In this document: one piece after another, positions 44,145 through 64,000 of the stretch | Layout: each line of letters opens with the position of its first letter | Numbering within the stretch: position 1 is the stretch's first letter | From: the human T2T-CHM13v2.0 reference genome, Homo sapiens | DNA: 64,000 nucleotides | Direction: 5' to 3' (one strand) | Assembly (NCBI RefSeq): GCF_009914755.1 | Contig: NC_060930.1 | Translations under genes and position numbers: made by a program | Notes under the pieces: model-generated | The model's database searches: none | The model's input: the letters and a program-made list of their open reading frames with translations, nothing else | Told to the model about the DNA's origin: nothing

Positions 44145-45759
44145 GGAGTATGAATACTTACTTTTTTTCCAGCTGCCTCTGCCCTGGACACACTTTTCCA
44201 GCTGTCTCTGCCCTGAAGCTGTGTATATGCCGGTGCATGGCCTGAGAAGAGATAAAGATCTCTCCTTTAGATCCTGGGAAGTGCATGCCAACACCGGAGA
44301 GCTGCCTGCTCTCAGGAGCTGGAGGCCCTTGGGTAGGCTGTAGGCCCCACACTGTGGCCCACTCCCTTCCTTCTCTTCTCCTAATAACCACTGCTGAACA
44401 AGTTTGAGTCCCCAGGCAGGTACGTGGCTCATAAATTGTTCAGCAAAGGGTGGCTGTTAAGATGACTAATAGTGTGCCATGAGCTGTAGGGGTATTCAAG
44501 GGAAATATGACCCAACTCTGCCTTGGAGAAGTTTAAAATCTATCAGTGTAGGTGGGTAGTGTTTCTTACATTCTAGTACTGACAGAACCTTAAATCTGGT
44601 TGAAACAAAGGTCCAGTCCTCTGCCTTTCAGCAGGAAAAAGTCTTTAATTTACATATAAAGCCTTTGAGTCTTGGGCAAGTTAAGTAATTTTTCTCAAGA
44701 TCACACATTTGTCTGGGACAAGAACTACATCCTCTCTTAGCCTTCTGGCTCTCCATAAGAGACAACATTCACATGTTTTCTGTTCTTCAAAAAGTAGCAG
44801 TTGCCTTCTAAACTTATCCGGTACAAAGTTGTGAAAATTGATCTGTCTATTGTTTTGACTGCCCTTGCAATATTTGGGTCATCTCAAACTGAGGCTACCT
44901 AAAATCCCAGAGCTGTGTCTCCAAGCCAGTGATAAGCCAGATGGCAGAGGATGAAATGTTATTAGACTCCATTTATCCAGAAGAGGATAGCTATACCATT
45001 AAGAAGGAGGAGAATAAATTAGTAAGCAATGTAACTGCAACATGGCAGCAGAGGAAAGATTTTGAATGTATTAACAGCATTTTCTTTAAAAAAAAAAAAA
45101 AATGGCACTGTGAAAAGGGGAAGAAGCAGGAAATGGCCTTAAAAAATATGAGTACAAAGACATATTGATTAAGAGATATGGGTAGTTCCATCAAATAAAT
45201 ATAAAAGAAAAGCCAGGTCAGGTTAAGACTCTGCCACTTCAAGGAATTAGTGAAGATGAACATAACCTATCCTTCCTTTTGGTCTCTCTGGATCTCAGGC
45301 AGGCACTCTCTCTCCCATCTCTCTCTCTCTCATACACACGCACACACACACACATACACACGTGCACACAGACGAGTGGGATAAATATCGCAAATGCAGC
45401 ACAGACCACCACCTTAAATCTCATAATCATTCTATTTCAAGGTTGCTCAAGTCTGACAGCTCTAACTACAACTCCAGAACTTCAGAAGGTTTATTTGAAG
45501 AGCTGTTCAAGTGCTATGAACTACAAAGGCTTCTGGGCTTTTCTATTCCTTGCCTATAAACTCAGTTGAAAACTTCTTTTCTTCTTCCCCTACCCCCCTT
45601 AGAGGGCAGTCTGTGATACCATTAGTAGTTCTAAAATGGTGAACACCAGAATGCTGTTCAATTGACCAGTAACTTAAATCCATTTAAGTTTAATGATATA
45701 AACTAAACTGCTGGACTCCTGGGTGCTAGGAAACACCACATCAGAAATATGCCATGTGG

Positions 45760-46055
45760 GGCCGGGCGTGGTGGCTCACGCCTGTAATCCCAGCACTTTG
45801 GGAGACCAAGGCGGGCGGATTGCAAGGTCAGGAGACCGAGAACATCCTGGCTAACACGGTGAAACCCCGTCTCTACTAAAAACACAAAAAAATTAGCCAG
45901 GCGTGGTCGTGGGCACCAGTAGTCCTAGCTACTTGGGAGGCTGAAGCAGGAGAATGGCGTGAACCCGGGAGTCAGAGCTTGCAGTGAGCCGAGATCACGC
46001 CACTGCACTCCAGCCTGGGCAACAGAGCGACACTCCGTCTAAAAAAAAAAAAAAA
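45760..46055 (+). mobile_element. AluY
   Basis: Y diagnostics (ggctaacacggtg, gaatggcgtgaacc, agcttgcagt); 17-bp TSD agaaatatg(c/t)catgtgg. Confidence 0.93.
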
Positions 46056-46442
46056 GAAATATGTCATGTGGTTACTTAGAAAGATTCATGTTTGTGTTGG
46101 TCATACTTTCCCTGTCTCCCCTCATGGCATCCTTCTTCCCACACTCTTTTCAGATCTTTTTGTTTTCTTTTAATTAATAGACTTACGTTTTGAGCAGTTT
46201 AAAGTTTTTCAGAAAAACTGAGTGGAAATTATGGGTTCCCATGCATGACCCCTTCCAGTTCCCTTATTGTTAACATCTTAGTGCATTAGTGTGGGACATT
46301 TGTAATCATTGATAAGGCAATAGTGAAACATTATTATTAACTAAAGTCCATAGGTCACATTAGGGTTCACTCTTAGTGTTATACATGTATGAATTTACAC
46401 ATACATACAATGGTGAATGGCATATATTCACCATTACAGTAT

Positions 46443-46830
46443 TGATGTGGTTTGGATCTATGTCCCCACCCAAATCTCATGCTGAATTGTAATCCCTAAT
46501 GCTGGAGGTGGAGCCTGGTGGGAGATGATTGGATCACAGGGGCCGTTTCTAATGGTTTAGCATCATCCCCCTAGTGCTGTTCTCATAATAGAGTTATCAT
46601 GAGATCTGGTTGTTTAAAAGTGTGTAGGCCCTCCTCCCATTCTCTTCCTTCTGTTCTGCCAATGTGCCTGCTTCCCCTTTGCTTTCTGCCAAGATTGAAA
46701 GTTATCTGAGGCCTCTCCAGAAGTTGCTGTGCTTCCTGTACAGCAGGAATTATGAGCCAATTAAACTTCTCTTTGTAAATTACCCAGTCTCAGGTATTTC
46801 TTTATAGCAGTGCAAGAATGGACTAATCCA
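46443..46830 (+). mobile_element. MSTA-like solo LTR
   Basis: tgatgtggtttggatctatgtccccacccaaatctcatg...gactaatcca; TSD agtat/agtgt. Confidence 0.88.
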
Positions 46831-46857
46831 AGTGTCATACAGAATAGTTTCACTACC

Positions 46858-49701
<2,844 letters not shown>

Positions 49702-50369
49702 CTGCCCTAAAAATCCCATGTTCAAACTATTCATCCTTCCCTTCTTCCCTTCCATCAAACTCCTAGAAACCACTGTTCTTTTTATTATCTCCATAATTTG
49801 GCCTTTTCCACAATGTTATATATTAATCATTAAAATGATACAGTATGTAGATATAGCCTTTCAGATTGGCTTCTTTTACCTAGCAATATGCATTTAAGGT
49901 TCATCCATGTCTTTTCATGGTTTAGTAGCTTATTGCCTTTTAGTACTAATATTCTATTGTATGGATGTACCACAGTTTGTTTACCCATTAACCTATTAGA
50001 AAACACTTTGATTGCTTCCAAGTTTTGGCAATAGTGAATAAAGTATGTGCTGGTTTTGGTGGGGACATGTTTTTAATTCATCTTGGAGTACCAAAGAGTA
50101 CAATTGCTGGATCTTTGGTAAGAGAATGTTTACTTTTTAAGAAACTGCCAAACTGTCTTCGAAAGTGGTTGTACCATTCTGCATTCCTGCCAGTAATGAA
50201 TGAGAGTTTCTGTTGCTCCACATTCTTGCCAGCATTTGGCATTGTTAGTGTTTTGTATTTTACCCATTCTAGTAGGGTATAGCAGTATCCCATTGTTGTT
50301 TGGATATGCATTTCCCTGATGACAAATGATGTGGAACATCTTTTCATTTGTTTATTTGCCATTGGTATA

Positions 50370-52925
<2,556 letters not shown>

Positions 52926-53125
52926 TATTTTCCTTGGCGAGGCATCTTTTTAGGTCTTTTGCCCATTTTGGATACCAGTCCTTTATCAGATCTGTGTTAT
53001 GCAAATATTTTATCCCATTCCATGGCCTGTCTTTCTATTTGTTAAATAAAATTATAGGAGGCTATTGTTTTATTTTCCTTTCTTCTTTATCAGTTTTTTC
53101 TTTTCTTTTCTTTTTCCTTTTTCCT

Positions 53126-53204
53126 GTCAGAAAGGTTTAGAGTGAGGCACATCGCACACACAAGCACGAACATCCAGTCATCACACTTATGAACTACGAA
53201 AGGA
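53126..53204 (-). pseudogene. Retroposed U13 (SNORD13-like) snoRNA pseudogene
   Basis: Minus strand reads TCCTTTCGTAGTTCATAAGTGTGATGACTGGATGTTC..GATGTGCCTC..AAACCTT-TCTGAC, matching the recalled U13 sequence. Box C GTGATGA, box D CTGA, A-rich tail 53072-53125, 13-bp TSD aggcta(t/c)tgtttt. Confidence 0.88.
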
Positions 53205-53646
53205 GAAGGCTACTGTTTTGGGCTAAGCTCCTGTGCTAGGTCCCAACAGACCAGAGTAAAAATCAAAATGGAGTCACTCATGCAGTGTTTCCAAGTTGCT
53301 AAACTAAGTTGTTATCTGACCTTCAAGAAATCAGGAGAGAGGGATAACAGTCATTTTTCAAAACAGGCCAGTTTCAATCTTTAATTGGCATGATAATGAT
53401 CATAAGTTCCCTCTGCTTTAATCTTTACACACAAAGGGTAGACAAAAGTAACCTGATGCTAACTAAACCGTTATCCTTCTATTGTTGTTTTGTTTTCTTG
53501 TCTCTGCCTTACAAGGAAAGTAACTTTGAAATGACCAATCTGCTTTCTTCAGCCTTTTCTGTCTATAAAGCCAACCCCCACTGTTCAGCTCATTGGAACA
53601 CTTACTCTGTTTTGTAGGATGAAGTATTCCTCGATTCTAGAATCAC

Positions 53647-54623
<977 letters not shown>

Positions 54624-54953
54624 GCAATAAAGCCAACTGAGATCATTAAACTACATTTGTTGTAATTTTGTGTTTTGATGGATGAAAGATCTATTTTATC
54701 CTTCTAAATTAAATGCCTTCTCTATCCTTTTTCCTCCCTGTTTCCTTGGAAAGGTCTTCTCTATTTCTGAAAACTGGAGAAAAGGAAGCCTCTGTATCAA
54801 AACTCTCAAGTGTCCTAGGAAGGAAATCAAGCAAACCAGAGTCCTGAAACAACCTGACAATTCCAGTTCTAAAGAGAATCGATTACTAACAGCTATGGCA
54901 CTGGGCCCAGGAAATAGAAGTGCTCCAACCTCTGCAAAGCCTAGAATGAAACA

Positions 54954-55865
<912 letters not shown>

Positions 55866-56762
55866 AACATCATGTAAGAATATGGAAACTGTAAGCAGAT
55901 TTTAAACTCTCAGAGAGAGCTCCAAGCACAAGGGTGGGTGTAGTACTGCTCAGTTGCCCATTTTCTTCATTCACAGGGCCTGAGAAACCTGTGGCTGAGA
56001 AGCTGCTGGCCCAGCTGGTCCTCATCAGCCCATAAATACTGCATGCAAAAAGGATTAATAAATCAAATCTAAGAGAATTAAGAAGGGATATGACTACATC
56101 TTACAATTTAGCTCATTATTTTCCAAATTGGCTCATCTCTGGACTGTATTAAAGAAATCGGTGGTGTTATCTGACACATCCCAGACTACCAGAAGAGGCA
56201 GCGTTGCAGCATTAACAACAATCACGTGTGCACATAAGCAGGGAAGGCTCAAAAAGACCAAGAAAGTACTCAAGGTAATGGAGACCCAAGATGTGGTGAT
56301 TCCAAAAGAGAAGCCTGCAATCTTGTTGTAAACTGTACAGTCTCACGTTTGCCCTGGTTACCCTGTGGAAACAGGACAGACCCATTGGGTAGGTTTTACC
56401 CATTTGTTGACTTTTCACTATTGCCAAATATAGGTCTCAGGAATTGCATTTTGTTGCTGGCTTAGTCTCATGCCTTTTTGAACCGCTCTCTATTAGGCAC
56501 AGTAAAATAGAAGGAAATAGCCCCTATTACATTGTAATGAGTGGCCCCTATAAAATCAGCAATAATCAGTTTGTGGGGCAAAGCCATGAGGATTCATCTA
56601 GAGGGCAAATTGCTGCCTCCTATCCCCTACCCACGTCATTCAAAATAAAAATAGAATAAAACCATAAATAAATGTAGAAGAGTTCAAAAAATCTGATATT
56701 TCCTACGACGACTACATCAACACTTTTGTATTTGTATATAAAATAATATATCCCTTCCAAAA

Positions 56763-56903
56763 TCTCTCTCTCTTTCTCTGTCTCCTTTTTTCTCTTTCTC
56801 TCTCTTCTTTCTCTTTCTCTCTCTGTCTCTTTCTCTTTCTCTCTCTCTTTCTCTCTCTCTCTTTCTCTCTGTCTCTTTTTCTCTCTCTTTCTCTCTGTCT
56901 CTG
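56763..56903. repeat. (CT)n/(CTTT) polypyrimidine tract, ~140 bp
   Basis: Seen directly; only a few G interruptions. Confidence 0.95.
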
Positions 56904-57399
56904 CCTCAGCTGCTGGCGACCTCGACATGGGCCTGTAGCTGACTTCAAGGATCCCAGATGGAAGGTCCCAGCTACATCCTGGGGTCCATTCCATTATTAC
57001 CCAAAACCGTAGAACGACCCAGTGCAGTCAGGTTATTATAGAGTCCTGAAGAAGACCCCTTATTGACAGATGTCAACAATTCTTAACTGTTTTCATCATC
57101 TGCCCCCACGATTTCTGTCATAAGCTAAATAAATGTACTTTGGTGGCATGATGTTTAGTATGATGGTTGCTAAAGGAGGAAGGGTTTCTGAAACTCCTGC
57201 GGAGTTTTCTTTCCCTGTTACTAGATACTTCTTCCAGGTAGCTGATAAATCTGTTAAAACAGAACATTTGTTTCTATGAACAATAAATACTACTGAATTG
57301 TCACATGTTCTGGCTTCTTTGCCATTTAACCAATAAAATGTGAAATTGCTGAAAGATAAATTTTTAGAAACTTTCAGGATTGGAAAATACTAATTTTCT

Positions 57400-57682
57400 T
57401 TTTTCTTTTTTTTTTTTTTTTGAAACAGAGTCTCACTCTGTCGCCCAGGCTAGAATACAGTGGCACAATCTCAGCTCACTGCAACCGCTGCCTTCCAGGT
57501 TCAAGTGATTCTCCTGCCTCAGCCTACTGAATAGCTGGGATTACAGGCACCCACCACCATGCCCAGCTAATTTGTGTTTTTAGTAGAGACACAGTTTCAC
57601 CATGTTGGTCCGGCTGGTCTCGAACTCCTGACCTCAGGTGATATGCCCGCCTCAGCCTCCCAAAGTGCTGGGATTACAGGCG
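57400..57682 (-). mobile_element. AluSx-like, slightly 5'-truncated
   Basis: TSD AAATACTAATTTTCT on both sides. Confidence 0.93.
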
Positions 57683-59746
57683 GGAAATACTAATTTTCTA
57701 CCGGGCTTAAGATTGTAATTTTTTTTTCTGTGAAAATTTAACCTTTAAATTGCCTTTCAAGCTAATCTGACTTTGCTTTGTTTTCTCCTTCCTTCTGTTA
57801 ACCTGTTTACAATTCTCCCAGTATGTACTGACAATTTTCTGTCATGGGAGTCATGAGCCACCTAGCACGCCAGGCCTGTCAGCCACCCAGCAAAGTAGGG
57901 CTCTTTCTTATTGCTGAGAACACAAACGTAAAACACAGCTCCTATTTGCACAGGAGTGAGTTACTCAAAGAAACACGGGATAGAGTCGTTTCAGAAATAA
58001 TCCTCTAGCATGACAGGCAGGTTGGTTCAAGTACTGCTCTGAGACTTCTGCCTAAGGCATCTGTTTCAGGCAATCAGCACAATTTATCTGATTAGATTTA
58101 GAATGCAAGGTAACTTCTACCATCACAAATGGCCAATTTCAGATCTCTCACCTCAAGGAAAACCCCTTAAGGTTGCTGTTCACAAGGTTATAGAATATTT
58201 TTATGAGAGTCCCATTAACATTGTTGAAAAAGGGAGTGATTCTACCCAAAGCTGTGGGCGACATAATCAGGCTCAGCCTACGATGACAAATCTCATTCTC
58301 ATTTTCACCAATTTGCTCATTAAAATTCTGATTGTTGGGGCAAAGTAATTACGTAGTGGAGGATCTATTTATTACAGCTGACATTCTAATCAAGTAGCAG
58401 CAGGGGGCTAATCGACCAGTGTTATTGGATAAAGAATTACAACTTGAAACAAAATTATAAATAAATGTCCCACTACAGTCACAGAGCTTGAATATACTAA
58501 AATTGATGACTAGGACCTGGTGATGCAATTAATTTTGATATAATGCCCAATACAGAGTGGCACTTAAATGTCTAAATGCTGCATCTCCGTGTGCTATGCC
58601 CAAAACAGAAAAACAGGGCGGTAGAAGGACTCAGAGCCTTAGGCACTAGACCCTTGTGCCTAACACATATCTCTCAGTCAATATCTCCCAAATCTTCTGG
58701 AATGCACCTGAAGGATGCAAAAATGTAAACCACACTTAGAAGATAAAAGTGTTCTTTTTCATGCTGAGGAAGTGAAGAGTTGCTAAACATATGCACATTT
58801 CACCCTAAATGCCTGGACTAGCTGGCAAAGGTGATCATTTGGGCATTCATTCAAAGAAAATGTTTAGTGCTTCTAGAGGACAGGTAACGTTTCAAAACAA
58901 CCGCCACCCCCACCACAACAAAACCGTCAAAATATGGTTTATGTATAAAATGTTGACTCTTTTAATATGGATTTATGTTTTCACAAGTATTCAGTAGCTG
59001 TTCAAGTATAGCTCTAAAATTACTTCAATGGCCTTTTTTGCTGTCCCTTTTAAACCCCATCAAAGCAACTGAAACTCTGTATTTAATTTTTAAAAAGCAT
59101 TCTAAAATGTCCAGGTTCTTAAACCCCAAAGGAAAACACAGCAAAGCTAAGTCCTTCACAAGCAGTAACAGAAATGATCTCATTACGCACCATTGTCCAA
59201 ACACAGCCGCTCTTCAAACAGACCAGGCAGGGAAAGATCAAATGGAGGTGCTGGTTTCTATTTTATCTCTACCTAAAGGTTTTTCTGTTAAGTTGAAACT
59301 GAAGCTTATGCTTTTTACAGAGCTCAGTTGTTTTAAAAGGGAAGAAAAACACCTCAAAGAAATTACTTTAGAAGCTAAAAATTATGGTTTAACTAATGTT
59401 AACACCATTGATCATAACTTGAAATACAAAATCAGCAATGCAAAAAGACCGGTTAAATGTTCCTACTAATTTCCCCCTCATCTTGGTTTCCTGGCTCCAC
59501 AAGAACTCTGTTCACAGCAGTTGTTTTAGGGGAAAACAAACCTCTGTGCCACTTAACCCATTAGGAGCTAGTTAGTAATTTGTGTGCTTGATTCCATTCA
59601 ATGAATGCTTTGTAAGTCTACTAAGAGCTTGGGACAGATCAGTGGAAAAAAAACAAAAGAATCACTGCCCTTATGGAGCTTGAATTCCAACGGGAGAAGG
59701 CAAACAGTAAACGTTATAAAAAGTAAACTATACAGTATGCTTGCAT

Positions 59747-61290
<1,544 letters not shown>

Positions 61291-61752
61291 TTTATTTATA
61301 TATATTATAATATTATATATATAGACCCTGATTTCTCCTTCCTAAAGGCATATTGCCAAGATGGCTGTATCTTGAAAGGTGACACATCCTACTGAAGAGC
61401 CCTGGGCCCAGAATGCTTAAACCCATGTCTTCAAATCACAGAAGATAATACACTGTTTACACTGCTTCATTTTTCTAACTTGCAGAAGTCACCCTGCAAA
61501 TCTCCATTTATTGCCACTTTCCATCCTTAATATTTCACTTGGAAATGCTTCCCAGCAATAGTTCTTTCTTTTTACTTGCAAAAAAAAGATCTTCGTTTGG
61601 AACTTCCTGCCTTCAGATGAATGTTGTAAACTTTACATTTCTGTTGGCTACAGAGTTGTTGGCTCTTAAAAATGGCATTTGCTTTTAGTTCAGACATAAA
61701 ACTTTCTTCTCCAGCCTTTCATCACAATTGTGAACCTTACCAACTAAGACAT

Positions 61753-62385
61753 TGAAGGGGATCAGAACGTGCCATCCCAAAATACACCACTTTGTCTTTT
61801 TTTATTAGCATTTTATTTTTTATTACAATTTTATTTTTATTTTATTTTATTTTTATTTTATTATTTTATTTTTGATTATTTTGAGCTGAAGGCAATTGAG
61901 AAACAAGTACTCTTTGCCCTTCCTCTTTCTGCCTAAAACCAGAACATGCATTTCCCATGAAAAGTAACTTCCCAGTACTAGGAAGAGAACATTCTTATCA
62001 CCAGAGATAAAAAGTTGGTGCCAAGGTGAGTCTGCACAAACACAGCTTATCTTCCATTAGTTTCCCCCAGACATTTCCTAGTCACATTCCCACAATTTAG
62101 TGCCCCAGAAGCTCAAACCTCTTTCTTTTCTAGTGACTTCCACACAACTTATCACCCTTTGCTAAAATAGTATATAAACGTATCACCCTTTGCTAAAATA
62201 GTATATAAACCCCTGAATCTAACCAATTCTGGGGGGTTTTCACTTTTTTTCTATGAGGCCCCCCATGCCATGTAAAAATACTAACATCAAATAAGATCTA
62301 GATGCTTTGTCTCCTGTTAATCTGTCTTTCGCCATTTTAATTCACAGGCTCAAGAGGGTAAAAGAAACATTTTTCTTTCCCTACA
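61753..62385 (+). mobile_element. MER34-like solo LTR
   Basis: tgaagggggatcagaacgtgccatcccaaaatac ... ttccctaca; TSD acat/atat. Confidence 0.7.
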
Positions 62386-63201
62386 ATATTTTATCTCATT
62401 CCAATTCTTAGTCCCTCAATCCTCCACCTTCCACCCTACAGGCCTCTTTTCTGTGCCTTCTAGAAAGAAAAATTATTTTTCCATTGTTCAGAGGGAGGCT
62501 ATCCATCTTGTGGTTCATTTATACTCTTTGCCTACTAACTTCTTTTCCCATTTTGGTCATTTCGAAGTATCATTATCAGAGAAAGTTGGAGATAATATTT
62601 TATAAAATACATTTACATACATTTGATGAAGTATCATTATTTCACCAAAAATCATTTTATTTTTCTCTTACTGGGCACTTGGGAAACTACATTTTCCAGC
62701 TCATCTTGCAGTTTTACTGAGGCCATGTGACTCAGTACTGGCTAGTGGGGGATGGGTGGAAATGACATAAGTCACTCCCAGGTCTGAACATTAAAAAGAT
62801 ATCATGCAGTCCTCATCCTCTCTTTGCTTTCCTCAACAATCTTGGAGGTCACATATTGAGGTTACATCACAAGAAGATGGAACCTGGATCCCAGGGTCTC
62901 CAGAAAGAGAATCCCCATTGGCCCACGCATCAATCAACTTTGGTTGTACCAAGCCATTGAAGCCACTGAATTTCAGAGTTATTTAGCTCTGTAACACAAC
63001 CTAGAATATTCTATTATTATACTCTTATTTAATTCTTGTTCTGCTCCTCCATGCCGCCCCAAAAATATTTCACAGATGGAGAAGCCAGTCAGTGAAGCTA
63101 CTAACCTGGCTAAGCTAGCACACCTAGTAAGTGAGCCACTCCTCGGTTCTCTCTACATCATAACTACCCTGTTGCTAGTGCTCTTTTGTGTAAACTTTCT
63201 G

Positions 63202-64000
<799 letters not shown>

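Noticed and set aside
44929-45168. 79-aa ORF (MAEDEMLLDSIYPEED..)
   Set aside because: No recognisable homology, runs through an A homopolymer, no supporting exon structure
56620-56994. Arg/Glu/Lys-rich 124-aa ORF resembling a charged coiled coil
   Set aside because: Translation of the (GA)n strand of the microsatellite
58975-59469. 164-aa ORF in unique sequence
   Set aside because: No recognisable domain or family; length is compatible with chance in 64 kb across six frames; would need a BLASTP or Ribo-seq hit to revive

Overview
Primate (human-like) non-coding genomic DNA dominated by transposable-element relics. It holds about 30 Alus, L1 fragments, many ERV1 solo LTRs (LTR8, MER4-, MER34/39- and MER52-like), MaLR elements (MLT1, a THE1 provirus, an MST provirus) and a near full-length Tigger1 DNA transposon. 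I found no credible protein-coding gene. The longer ORFs are decayed TE reading frames (THE1/MST internal ORF, L1 ORF2, Tigger1 transposase) or Alu/low-complexity artefacts. The one recognisable RNA-gene relic is a retroposed U13 snoRNA copy (53126-53204, minus strand) with a poly(A)-derived tail and target-site duplication (TSD). I did not find an undescribed biological system. The most notable signals are multi-level TE nests whose order is readable from TSDs, several repair or template-switch scars, and a few repeat-poor islands with candidate regulatory motifs. Repeat subfamily names come from recalled consensus sequences, not a database search. Boundaries without a stated TSD are approximate.
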